Shown here piece by piece: positions 1-12,215 of a DNA stretch of 64,000 nt. A program made the translations under genes and the position numbers. Positions within the stretch are counted from its first letter, which is position 1. Each line of letters starts with the position of its first letter. Origin of the DNA: Eledone cirrhosa. Its lineage: Eukaryota. Location of the stretch: positions 374,232,001-374,296,000 of the forward strand of contig OZ024742.1 of the NCBI GenBank assembly GCA_964016885.1. The letters are read 5' to 3'. Below the pieces are notes generated by a model that did not search any database, had not been told where the DNA came from, and worked only from the letters and a program-made list of their open reading frames with translations.

Positions 1-1057
1 CAACACACACACACCACCAACACACACACCAACACACACACCAACACCAACACACACCAACACACACACCAACACACACACACACCAACACACACACCAA
101 CACACACACCAACACACACACCAACACACACACCAACAAACACCACCAACACACACACCAACACACACACACACACCAACACACACCAACACACACACAC
201 ACCAACACACACACACACCAACACACACACCAACACACACACACCACCAACACACACACCAACAAACACCACCAACACACACACCAACACACACCAACAC
301 ACACACCAACACACACACCAACACACACACACCACCAACACACACACCAACAAACACCACCAACACACCACCAACACACATACCACCAACACACAACCAA
401 CACACACACACCAACACACACACACACCAACACACACACCAACACACACACCAACACACACACACCACCAACACACACACCAACACACACACCAACACAC
501 ACACACCACCAACACACACACCAACACACACACACACCACCAACACACACACACACCACCAACACACACACACACACACACACCACCATCACACACACAC
601 ACCACCAACACACACACCAACACACACACCAACACACACCAACACCAATACACACACACATACACACCACCAACACACAACCAACACACACACACCAACA
701 CACACACCAACACACCAACACACACACCAACACACACACACCACCAACACACACACCAACACACCAACACACACACACCACCAACACACACACCAACACA
801 CACACACCAACACACACACCAACACACACACACCACCAACACACACACCAACACACACACCAACACACACACACCAACACACACATCACCAACACACATC
901 ACCAACACACACGCACACCACCACCAACACACGCACACACACACACCACCAACACACACACACCAACACACACATACACACACACACCACCAACACACAC
1001 ACACACAGACACACACCACCAACACGCACACCAACACACACCAACACACACACACAC
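1..1057. repeat. Compound (CA)n / CCAACACACA microsatellite array
   Basis: Continuous CA runs interrupted by CC/AA. The Cys/Val ORFs here are artefacts of the repeat. Confidence 0.97.
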
Positions 1058-1357
1058 ATGTATGCGTGTGTGTGGAGGGGAATACCAGGTATAGTGTTGG
1101 TGAATTTCAGGAAACATGCAAGTTTTGAAGGATGCAGTGTCAACTATACGTGTTGATCTCCATATTTATGACTTTCAGAAATATATTTTCATACTCAGAG
1201 TTGTTGAAGCATGAAACAAACAGTTGTTAGTTGTCGGGACACTGTGTGTATCATGACACATACTGTTCACTTTACTGACATTTCGACATTATTCTATGTA
1301 CTATACATGCACTTTTGATGAGTTGTAGTGCACCTGAGCACTGTACACAATAATTTT
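1058..1357. mobile_element. CR1-type LINE 3'-end fragment, partly inverted
   Basis: 1058-1141 is the reverse complement of CR1 3' sequence (cf. 26973-27055). 1165-1357 is forward and ends in the shared tail gtagtgcacctgagcactgtacacaataatt. Confidence 0.85.
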
Positions 1358-1360
1358 CAG

Positions 1361-1546
1361 TGGATTGGCAGTATCAGTAGAGGGGTGGACGCCATGCTTT
1401 GCATCATAGAGTTACGGCCCTTTATGATGTGAGTTCAAATCCCGCCGAGGTTAACTTTGCCTTTCATCCTTACGGGAGTCGATAAAATAAAGTACCAGTA
1501 ATACACTGGTTATTATATGCTGGCCTTGTGCCAAAAGTAGAAACAT
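1361..1546 (+). mobile_element. tRNA-derived SINE family A
   Basis: A-box-like tggcagtatcag, B-box gttcaaatcc, central ccgaggttaactttgcctttcatcc, tail ctggccttgtgccaaaagtagaaac. Near-identical copies at 31063 and 46563. Confidence 0.85.
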
Positions 1547-1644
1547 TTATTATCAAACACATAAACGTATGGACTTTGCTGTTTCACCCTATCACTTTCT
1601 TAGAAAAACTTCTCAAGTGCAACTAACTGTTGTCTAAAGTGAAA

Positions 1645-2215
1645 GTAGTAGTAGTAGTAGTGGTGGTGGTGGTGGTGTTAGTAGTAGTGGTGGTGGTGGT
1701 GGTGGTGTTAGTAGTAGTGGTGGTGGTGGTGGTGGTGTTAGTAGTAGTAGTGGTGGTGGTGGTGGTGTTAGTAGTAGTAGTGGTGGTGGTGGTGTTAGTA
1801 GTGGTGGTGGTGGTGTTAGTAGTAGTGGTGGTGGTGGTGGTGGTGTTAGTAGTAGTGGTGGTGGTGGTGGTGGTGTTAGTAGTAGTGGTGGTGGTGGTGG
1901 TGGTGTTAGTAGTAGTGGTGGTGGTGGTGGTGGTGTTAGTAGTAGTGGTGGTGGTGGTGGTGGTGTTAGTAGTAGTGGTGGTGGTGGTGGTGGTGTTAGT
2001 AGTAGTAGTGGTGGTGGTGGTGTTAGTAGTGGTGGTGGTGGTGTTAGTAGTAGTGGTGGTGGTGGTGGTGGTGTTAGTAGTAGTGGTGGTGGTGGTGGTG
2101 GTGTTAGTAGTAGTGGTGGTGGTGGTGGTGGTGTTAGTAGTAGTGGTGGTGGTGGTGGTGGTGTTAGTAGTAGTGGTGGTGGTGGTGGTGGTGTTAGTAG
2201 TAGTGGTGGTGGTGT

Positions 2216-2249
<34 letters not shown>

Positions 2250-2290
2250 GGTGGTGGTGGTGGTGGTGTTAGTAGTGGTGGTGGTGGTGT

Positions 2291-2324
<34 letters not shown>

Positions 2325-3463
2325 GGTGGTGGTGGTGTTAGTAGTAGTAGTGGTGGTGGTGGTGGTGTTAGTAGTAGTAGTGGTGGTGGTGGTGTTAGTA
2401 GTGGTGGTGGTAGTGGTAGTGGTGGTGGTAGTGGTGTTAGTAGTGGTAGTGGTAGTAGTAGTGGTGGTAGTGGTGGTGGTGGTGGTGGTGTTAGTAGTAG
2501 TAGTGGTGGTGGTAGTGGTGGTGGTGGTGGTGGTGTTAGTAGTAGTGGTGGTGGTGGTGGTGGTGTTAGTAGTAGTGGTGGTGGTGGTGGTGGTGTTAGT
2601 AGTAGTGGTGGTGGTGGTGGTGGTGTTAGTAGTAGTGGTGGTGGTGGTGGTGGTGTTAGTAGTAGTGGTGGTGGTGGTGTTAGTAGTAGTGGTGGTGGTG
2701 GTGTTAGTAGTAGTGGTGGTGGTGGTGGTGGTGTTAGTAGTAGTAGTGGTGGTGGTGGTGGTGTTAGTAGTAGTGGTGGTGGTGGTGTTAGTAGTAGTGG
2801 TGGTGGTGGTGGTGGTGTTAGTAGTAGTGGTGGTGGTGGTGTTAGTAGTAGTGGTGGTGGTGGTGGTGGTGTTAGTAGTAGTGGTGGTGGTGGTGGTGGT
2901 GTTAGTAGTAGTGGTGGTGGTGGTGTTAGTAGTAGTAGTGGTGGTGGTGGTGGTGTTAGTAGTAGTGGTGGTGGTGGTGGTGGTGTTAGTAGTAGTAGTG
3001 GTGGTGGTGGTGTTAGTAGTGGTGGTGGTAGTGGTAGTGGTGGTGGTAGTGGTGTTAGTAGTGGTGGTGGTAGTGGTAGTAGTAGTGGTGGTAGTGGTGG
3101 TGGTGGTGGTGGTGTTAGTAGTAGTGGTGGTGGTGGTGGTGGTGTTAGTAGTAGTGGTGGTGGTGGTGGTGGTGTTAGTAGTAGTAGTGGTGGTGGTGGT
3201 GGTGGTGGTGTTAGTAGTAGTGGTGGTGGTGGTGGTGGTGTTAGTAGTAGTGGTGGTGGTGGTGTTAGTAGTAGTAGTGGTGGTGGTGGTGTTAGTAGTG
3301 GTGGTGGTGGTGTTAGTAGTAGTGGTGGTGGTGGTGTTAGTAGTAGTGGTGGTGGTGGTGGTGGTGTTAGTAGTAGTAGTGGTGGTGGTGGTGGTGTTAG
3401 TAGTAGTGGTGGTGGTGTTAGTAGTAGTGGTGGTGGTGGTGTTAGTAGTGGTGGTGGTGGTGT

Positions 3464-3494
<31 letters not shown>

Positions 3495-3694
3495 GGTGGT
3501 GGTGGTGTTAGTAGTAGTAGTGGTGGTGGTGGTGGTGGTGGTGTTAGTAGTAGTGGTGGTGGTGGTGGTGGTGTTAGTAGTAGTGGTGGTGGTGGTGTTA
3601 GTAGTAGTAGTGGTGGTGGTGGTGGTGTTAGTAGTAGTGGTGGTGGTGTTAGTAGTAGTGGTGGTGGTGGTGTTAGTAGTGGTGGTGGTGGTGT

Positions 3695-3725
<31 letters not shown>

Positions 3726-4141
3726 GGTGGTGGTGGTGTTAGTAGTAGTAGTGGTGGTGGTGGTGGTGGTGGTGTTAGTAGTAGTGGTGGTGGTGGTGGT
3801 GGTGTTAGTAGTAGTGGTGGTGGTGGTGTTAGTAGTAGTAGTGGTGGTGGTGGTGTTAGTAGTAGTGGTGGTGGTGGTGGTGGTGTTAGTAGTAGTGGTG
3901 GTGGTGGTGTTAGTAGTAGTAGTGGTGGTGGTGGTGTTAGTAGTAGTGGTGGTGGTGGTGGTGGTGTTAGTAGTAGTGGTGGTGGTGGTGTTAGTAGTAG
4001 TGGTGGTGGTGGTGTTAGTAGTAGTGGTGGTGGTGGTGGTGGTGTTAGTAGTAGTAGTGGTGGTGGTGGTGGTGTTAGTAGTAGTGGTGGTGGTGTTAGT
4101 AGTAGTGGTGGTGGTGGTGTTAGTAGTGGTGGTGGTGGTGT

Positions 4142-4172
<31 letters not shown>

Positions 4173-5662
4173 GGTGGTGGTGGTGTTAGTAGTAGTGGTG
4201 GTGGTGGTGTTAGTAGTAGTGGTGGTGGTGGTGGTGGTGTTAGTAGTGGTGGTGGTGGTGGTGTTAGTAGTAGTGGTGGTGGTGGTGGTGGTGTTAGTAG
4301 TGGTGGTGGTGGTGGTGTTAGTAGTAGTAGTGGTGGTGGTGGTGGTGTTAGTAGTAGTGGTGGTGGTGGTGGTGGTGTTAGTAGTAGTGGTGGTGGTGGT
4401 GTTAGTAGTAGTAGTGGTGGTGGTGGTGTTAGTAGTAGTGGTGGTGGTGGTGGTGGTGTTAGTAGTAGTGGTGGTGGTGGTGTTAGTAGTAGTAGTGGTG
4501 GTGGTGGTGTTAGTAGTAGTGGTGGTGGTGGTGTTAGTAGTAGTGGTGGTGGTGGTGGTGGTGTTAGTAGTGGTGGTGGTGGTGGTGTTAGTAGTAGTGG
4601 TGGTGGTGGTGGTGGTGTTAGTAGTGGTGGTGGTGGTGGTGTTAGTAGTAGTAGTGGTGGTGGTGGTGGTGTTAGTAGTAGTGGTGGTGGTGGTGGTGGT
4701 GTTAGTAGTAGTGGTGGTGGTGGTGTTAGTAGTAGTAGTGGTGGTGGTGGTGTTAGTAGTAGTGGTGGTGGTGGTGGTGGTGTTAGTAGTAGTGGTGGTG
4801 GTGGTGTTAGTAGTAGTAGTGGTGGTGGTGGTGTTAGTAGTAGTGGTGGTGGTGGTGGTGGTGTTAGTAGTGGTGGTGGTGGTGGTGTTAGTAGTAGTGG
4901 TGGTGGTGGTGGTGGTGTTAGTAGTGGTGGTGGTGGTGGTGTTAGTAGTAGTAGTGGTGGTGGTGGTGGTGTTAGTAGTAGTGGTGGTGGTGGTGGTGGT
5001 GTTAGTAGTAGTGGTGGTGGTGGTGTTAGTAGTAGTAGTGGTGGTGGTGGTGTTAGTAGTAGTGGTGGTGGTGGTGGTGGTGTTAGTAGTAGTGGTGGTG
5101 GTGGTGTTAGTAGTAGTAGTGGTGGTGGTGGTGTTAGTAGTAGTGGTGGTGGTGGTGTTAGTAGTAGTGGTGGTGGTGGTGGTGGTGTTAGTAGTGGTGG
5201 TGGTGGTGGTGTTAGTAGTAGTGGTGGTGGTGGTGGTGGTGTTAGTAGTGGTGGTGGTGGTGGTGTTAGTAGTAGTAGTGGTGGTGGTGGTGGTGTTAGT
5301 AGTAGTGGTGGTGGTGGTGGTGGTGTTAGTAGTAGTGGTGGTGGTGGTGTTAGTAGTAGTAGTGGTGGTGGTGGTGTTAGTAGTAGTGGTGGTGGTGGTG
5401 GTGGTGTTAGTAGTAGTGGTGGTGGTGGTGTTAGTAGTAGTAGTGGTGGTGGTGGTGTTAGTAGTAGTGGTGGTGGTGGTGGTGGTGTTAGTAGTAGTGG
5501 TGGTGGTGGTGTTAGTAGTAGTGGTGGTGGTGGTGTTAGTAGTAGTGGTGGTGGTGGTGGTGGTGTTAGTAGTAGTAGTGGTGGTGGTGGTGGTGTTAGT
5601 AGTAGTGGTGGTGGTGTTAGTAGTAGTGGTGGTGGTGGTGTTAGTAGTGGTGGTGGTGGTGT

Positions 5663-5693
<31 letters not shown>

Positions 5694-6475
5694 GGTGGTG
5701 GTGGTGTTAGTAGTAGTGGTGGTGGTGGTGTTAGTAGTAGTGGTGGTGGTGGTGGTGGTGTTAGTAGTGGTGGTGGTGGTGGTGTTAGTAGTAGTGGTGG
5801 TGGTGGTGGTGGTGTTAGTAGTGGTGGTGGTGGTGGTGTTAGTAGTAGTAGTGGTGGTGGTGGTGGTGTTAGTAGTAGTGGTGGTGGTGGTGTTAGTAGT
5901 AGTAGTGGTGGTGGTGGTGTTAGTAGTGGTGGTGGTAGTGGTAGTAGTAGTAGTGGTGGTGGTGATGTTAGTGGTGGTGGTGGTGTTAGTAGTAGTAGTG
6001 GTGGTGGTGGTGGTGTTAGTAGTAGTAGTGGTGGTGGTGGTGGTGTTAGTAGTAGTGGTGGTGGTGGTGGTGTTAGTAGTAGTGGTGGTGGTGTTAGTAG
6101 TAGTAGTGGTGGTGGTGTTAGTAGTAGTGGTAGTAGTAGTAGTGGTGGTGGTGGTAGTGTTAGTAGTAGTAGTGGCGGTGGTGGTGGTGTTAGTAGTAGT
6201 GGTGGTGGTGGTGGTGGTGTTAGTAGTGGTAGTGGTAGTGGTAGTGGTGGTGGTGGTGGTGATGGTGGTAGTGTTAGTAGTAGTAGTGGTGGTGGTGGTG
6301 GTGGTGTTAGTAGTAGTAGTGGCGGTGGTAGTAGTAGTAGTTGTTGTAGTAGTGTTGGTGGTGTTAGTAGTAGTAGTGGTGGTGTTAGTAGTGGTAGTGG
6401 TAGTAGTAGTGGTAGTGGTGGTGGTGGTGGTGGTGTTAGTAGTAGTAGTGGTGGTGGTAGTGGTAGTGGTGGTGC

Positions 6476-6509
<34 letters not shown>

Positions 6510-6664
6510 GGTGGTGGTGGTGGTGGTAGTAGTAGTAGTGGTAGTTGTTGTAGTAGTGTTGGTGGTGGTGTTAGTAGTGGTGGTGGTGGTGGTAGTAGTA
6601 GTGGCAGTGGTAGTAGTAGTTGTTGTAGTAGTGTTGGTGGTGGTAGTAGTAGTAGTGGTGGTGT

Positions 6665-6707
<43 letters not shown>

Positions 6708-6800
6708 GGTGGTGTTAGTAGTGGTAGTAGTAGTAGTAGTAGTAGTAGTAGCGGTGGTGGTAGTAGTAGTAGTAGTAGCGGTGGTGGTAGTAGTAGTAGT
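1645..6800. repeat. ~5.15 kb trinucleotide-phased satellite TTA(GTA)n(GTG)m
   Basis: Units of mostly 21-30 bp built from TTA/GTA/GTG triplets, with exact 300-bp higher-order repeats (block at 4561 recurs at 4861). Confidence 0.97.
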
Positions 6801-6815
6801 CGAAGCAGGCGAAGG

Positions 6816-6823
6816 TGACGTCA
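6816..6823. promoter_or_regulatory. Perfect CRE palindrome TGACGTCA in a short CpG-containing patch upstream of CDA
   Basis: Motif seen directly about 390 bp upstream of the putative ATG. Function is inferred only. Confidence 0.35.
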
Positions 6824-7204
6824 TTCGTCAAACATCGTTTATTTCCGTATTACTACCACACGTAAGTGGAGTTACTTAAATGAAAATATAGGTGGCCCTT
6901 AAAAGGGCCAAATTAGAAAACAAATTTAAGTTAATTAGAAAACAAGTCATGGTTATCAAATAAATTGGATTTAATCATTTATATTTTCATAGTCATGGTT
7001 ATCAATGTAGAAAACAAGTCATTTTCACCAACAGTTGAGTTACTTCTGACAGCTAATACCATGATTCATAAATATAAGACAACAAAATGATTTCTCTTGC
7101 AAACATCCGTTATTTTGCTGCGATGGCAAGAAAGGTTGTGAGCTAGAAATAAAGAATTCGCAGACATTAAACTGGATTGTATTTATTGTATCAATGATAA
7201 ACAA

Positions 7205-7259
7205 ATGGAAAGACCCCAAAATATGGACAAGAAGTCGTGTAGACTCACAAATGAACGTG
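7205..7259 (+). CDS. CDA: Cytidine deaminase, putative first coding exon (MERPQNMDKKSCRLTNER)
   Basis: ATGs at 7205 and 7223. Donor G|GTAAG at 7260, phase 1, matches the next exon and gives a total of 146 aa. There is no homology support within this exon. Confidence 0.6.
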
Positions 7260-7473
7260 GTAAGATTTACATGGTAGATATTTTAAATATAAACAAATGC
7301 CATCTGATACTTATATATTTTTTATGTTTCGGTGGTATATATAATTTAATGATTTCTTTTCACGAGTTATGATAAATATTAAGTTTAAAATTATTTCTGT
7401 AGTGATACAAATGGTTGTTACTGTTGTCTGTCTTATTTCTATAACATTTACGATCAGCGAAAAAAATAATTGT

Positions 7474-7558
7474 TTCTACTTTAGGCACAAGGCCAGCAAT
7501 AACTAGTGTATCGACCCCGTAAGGATGAAAGGCAAAGTCAACCTCGGCGGGATTTGAA
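7474..7558 (-). mobile_element. SINE family A fragment
   Basis: Reverse complement of the B-box/central domain and tail (tttctactttaggcacaaggccagc). Confidence 0.8.
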
Positions 7559-7625
7559 GCTTAGTTATATATATGTATATATATATATATATGTGTGTAT
7601 GTATGTATATATATATATATATATG

Positions 7626-8174
7626 TCCCATGGTCGGGTCGTTGGCGACTAAACTGGCAACCCCACTAAGGTTTCTTGGTGAGGAGGGTGACTTTGGATA
7701 TCCTGCAGGACTAAAAACAAAACCTGTCAAAGGAGCTCTTAAGAGTCGATGGCCATCCAAAATCACCGGGAGAGATGACCCCTTAGCCTTTGTCAAGGCA
7801 GAATTCTAGGAGAAGGAAAACTCTGATATAACACCTGCAACCCTGATGGTATCCAATGATGTTGACTTGTTCTTCTTTTTGGTAAATATCATCTTGGTTA
7901 AGAGAGTGGGACTGGCTTTGTGCAGTGCCTTTGCTCACTATAAAAGCTTCACGGCACAGGCATTGCTTTATATCTGGAGATCTCTGCACCTGTCGTCACA
8001 TGGTACCATGGGCCCAGCACTATGTGTCAATAATTGTCACAAGTGTAGTGTTTGTACCAGAGTTTTCAAGTCGCTGGCTGGACTAAAAAGTCACATTCGT
8101 TCAGCGCATCGGTAGGGATTCTCCTACATGGATATAAAGTAGTGGCCGTACTCGAAAACGAGTTGGCAGCCACC
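7626..8174 (+). mobile_element. Internally deleted RTE-type LINE relic (5'UTR-like head plus C-terminal C2H2 finger)
   Basis: Encodes [22 protein letters not shown], typical of RTE-group C-termini. Has a 3' hairpin gtggc..ctcg..cgag..gccac and is flanked by (TA)n. Confidence 0.55.
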
Positions 8175-8201
8175 ATATATATATGTATGTATGTATGTAT
8201 A

Positions 8202-8256
<55 letters not shown>

Positions 8257-8371
8257 ATGTATATATATATATATGTGTATGTATATATATATATATGTGT
8301 ATGTATATATATATATATGTGTATGTATATATATATATATATGTGTATGTATATATATATATATATGTATG

Positions 8372-8402
<31 letters not shown>

Positions 8403-8403
8403 G

Positions 8404-8478
<75 letters not shown>

Positions 8479-8599
8479 ATATATATATATGTGTATGTAT
8501 GTATATATATATATATGTGTATGTATGTATATATATATATATGTGTATGTATGTATATATATATATATGTGTATGTATGTATATATATATGTGTGTATG

Positions 8600-8636
<37 letters not shown>

Positions 8637-8693
8637 GTATATGTATGTATATATATATGTATATATATATATATGTATGTATATATATATATG

Positions 8694-8780
<87 letters not shown>

Positions 8781-8832
8781 GTATGTATATATATATGTAT
8801 GTATATATATATATATATATATACATACATAC
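8175..8832. repeat. (TA)n/(TATG)n microsatellite
   Basis: Direct observation. Confidence 0.97.
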
Positions 8833-9023
8833 AGCTTCTTACATAACGGTTGCTCAATATTTATGGTACGTCAAAATTATTTATAAAACTGTTTATATAT
8901 TGTATTTTATCTGAAGAAGGCATGCCATATTTTTAATATGGTATCCCCGAAATATGTATAATGAAATAAATATGGTTTTATAAATATAGTTTCCATTTGT
9001 TTAATATCGTATATATATACATA

Positions 9024-9085
<62 letters not shown>

Positions 9086-9119
9086 TATGTATGTATATAT
9101 ATATGTATGTATGTATATA

Positions 9120-9486
9120 TATCATCATCATCATCAACGTTTAACGTCCGTGTTCCACGCTTGCATGGGTTTGGACGGGGGTATTCCCACTTGAGGCAAG
9201 AGTGATTGTCTTGCTCGCATAGGACTGTCTGACAGGTTTTCTACAGTTGGATGCCCTTCCTAACACCAACCACATTTACAGTGTGGGTTTGGGAGGTTTT
9301 TACCGTGTTGCCTACACGGCCACATTACAGCGTGGACTGTGTTTTTTTTGTCGTGACACCTACACGATCTCATTTGTTTCGGCCTGGATGGCGTGGCACC
9401 AACATAACTTTACATTGAAAGGGGTGGTGTGGATGGGATGGGGGTCGTGGGACGGGGGTGTATTTTGTTAGAGATGCCTACTGGCT
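9120..9486 (-). mobile_element. RTE LINE 3'UTR with (TGA)n tail, 5'-truncated
   Basis: Nearly identical to 43516-43890, which is attached to an RTE ORF. Confidence 0.85.
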
Positions 9487-9600
9487 GTATGTATATATAT
9501 ATATGTATGTATATATATATGTATATATATATGTATGTATATGTGTGTGTGTATATATATATGTGTATATGTATATATGTGTGTGTGTGCGCGTGAAGAA

Positions 9601-9684
9601 TTCGGGACCTCGACGGCTGAGCTCCTGCCGTTTAGACAGCTATACCTGTCTAAACAGCAGGAGCTCAAACGTTGGGGTCCCGAA
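9601..9684. repeat. ~84-bp GC-rich palindrome of an unclassified dispersed repeat
   Basis: ttcgggacctcgacggctgagctcctgccgtttagacag / ctgtctaaacagcaggagctcaaacgttggggtcccgaa. A related hairpin lies at 29286-29386. Confidence 0.85.
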
Positions 9685-10344
9685 ACTTTCACATTGCCCC
9701 ACTCTACTTCCCCAAGTATCGAGTACTCTGGGGAATAATGGTCTAACAGGTTTTTTTTCTCTTTCTTTCAGTGCCTCCATCTCTCTCACTTTATATACAA
9801 ATAAGAGCCCGGTCTCGGCGGACAGAATAGAGAAAGCGTTTCTCCGGATTATAGTAAGGGACACGGCCGGATTTAATGGGGGTGGGGACAATGGCCTCGG
9901 GTCCCCTGCTGTGTGTGCAGGAGGGGGTCTACCAGTAACAGCCGTAGCAATTTATTTGTGCTCTCAGCTGAGGTTTTTAGTTTTAGGATGGTTAGATTGT
10001 TTTTTAAATTCAATAGCTGTAATGTATAACTTTTCAATTCCAATTACTTGCACCAAGCTAGCTTTGATATGTAAAATAAGGGGTCTGCTGTGTATTCTAA
10101 TTGTTTGTGTATGAGCCCCCCAACACACACCTGAAGTATCCGTGTCCCCCATCGTCTAAATTTAACCCTGGTGAGGGAGACACGTTGGAAGAGTCATTCC
10201 AACTCATGAGGCTCACACCAGCAGATTGCCAATGGTGGTGGTTCTAGGGCCACGAACACCAGAAGTCTCCACTCCTTACAGACTCAACCACAAACCTGTT
10301 GGAAAGCGACCGGTATTTGGAAAGTTTACCTTCCTCAGCCCGAA

Positions 10345-10990
10345 TCAGTTGCAAATTTGTCAGGATTTGCTAGAAAGACACAAAATTGAGCCAAGTTTCT
10401 TGGATAAAGTAATAACAGGAGATGAATGATGGGTGTTGGAGTAGGATCCAGAGACTATGGCTAAATGAGGAGTGTCACACAAAAAATTCTCATGGGTGAA
10501 AACGATGATTATAATATTTTTCAACAGCTGTGGTATTGTCCACAAAGAATTTTTACCTCCAGGACAAACAATTAATTGCACCTTATACAAAGACGTCTTG
10601 GAAAAACTTCGAAAACAGGTCCAGTGAGTCCAAAAGGACATTGCGGGAGATTGGGTACTGCACCACGATAACAAGCCTGCTCACACAGCACTTAGAAAAT
10701 TTTTAGAAAAGAAAAACATTCCCACTCTTCCACATCCTTCCTACAGCCCAGATCTAGCTCCATGTGATTTCTATCTCTTCCCTAAGATGAAATCGAAGTT
10801 GGAGGGTCATTATTTTGGGACTGTGAGAAACATACAAAAAACTGTAACTGATGAGCTAAGGACACTCACAGACAATGGAATAAATGTTGGAACCATTGTG
10901 ACTTCCCAAGTGTCATATTTTGAAGGAGGCAGCTTGTAATATACATTTAAATAAAACATCAGTACCCTTACTTTAGGGACAAACCTTGTA
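10345..10990 (+). mobile_element. Degenerate mariner (DD34D) transposase relic
   Basis: Motifs VITGDE*W, LHHDNKPAH and HPSYSPDLAPCDFYLFPKMK, with stops and frameshifts. TIR-like end ttagggacaaaccttg followed by TA. Confidence 0.9.
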
Positions 10991-11104
10991 TTCCGTAAAG
11001 CATGTCTAATATTGTCACATAATCACTGACATATCAGGTGATGCTCCTGGATAGGATGCTTGGTTATTCCTGCATCTTAGCCTCACTATAACCTGTGGCA
11101 ATAC

Positions 11105-11440
11105 TGCGTTACTCAATAGAGTGCATAACTCAGAGATCTGAGAATCACTCCAGATAGAGCTGCTACTTCTCTAAATTTAGATATTACAGTTCTGATGCTA
11201 TGGGCATATGGTTAGAATGTCTCAGGAAAGAATCGCTGGATAAGTTTTATGGGCAAAAGCAGGAGACCTAAGGGGTAGACCCCAAGCAAGATGGTTGGAT
11301 AACATTTATGAGCTTGGCTGGTCTCGCTTGGGGATCCAGTCGGATCAGTTAGAGATGGTTGCTTCTGACAGGACCCACTGGAAGGAGTGTTTGAGGACTC
11401 TGTCCCCACGACCCTCTCAGGAATAAGTGGGTGAAGAAGA
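11105..11440 (+). mobile_element. Old RTE LINE 3' fragment
   Basis: Degenerate NSEI.ESLQIELLLL...YGH.VRMSQER translation. Confidence 0.5.
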
Positions 11441-12215
11441 CTGTGTTCCTCCTGTTCAGAAAATGACCTTGTGATTAGTTATGTGTTCATAACAGAAATA
11501 TCTATACAAGTACTCATCACTGACTGTAAGCCCCTGGGGAACCAGAATGTGTACGTGTGATACGGACACGATACTAATATTCCAAGAATTATATGAAAAC
11601 TATTTTTTCAGCCTGTGGTGTTTGATGCAGCTGGGCTGCTGGAAACAGGGTTATTGTCATTGATGGCGGCTTACCAATGTATCAGGTGATGCTTCTGATG
11701 AGGGTGCTTGGTTATTTCAATGTCTTAGCCATGCTATCACCTGCAGCATTTTACTAGTAAAGACCTGAGCAGAGGTAGTGAGAGTGGACCTCAAACAAAT
11801 CACTAAAACTGGCAGGGAGATGACGAAGGAACACAACAAGTGGAGAGATGCCATGCTGAGAAGGACCTGTCCAACCCATGCAAGCATGAGAAAGTGGACA
11901 TAAAAACAATGATGATGATGCTGATTAACTTGCTAACAAAATTATTAGAGGGTAAACTCCAGCACCCCTTGCTCATTGTATGAATTGTGCTTTGTTACAT
12001 TCATATAAAAAAAGAAGTGGAAGATACATCCATTCAATTAGATACAACAAGGGCTGCAGGAGTTTCCCTCTTATAATTTTTAAAGCAAGCCAACACAGTA
12101 TTTCTGAAGATGAAAACAATGCTATGAGAATGATGCATAAAATGTTTGGGTTTGAAAATAATTGTAATGAAATGACACATAATTGTATTGTTAAGATGTC
12201 TAACCTATAAAATCA

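Noticed and set aside
1623-6879. 1733-aa poly-Thr/Asn (mucin-like) and 1749-aa poly-Val ORFs
   Set aside because: By-products of a triplet satellite. No signal peptide or unique domain, and open on both strands.
8052-8914. Tyr/Ile-rich ORFs (also near 59027-59280 and 61878-62333)
   Set aside because: Translations of (TA)n microsatellites.
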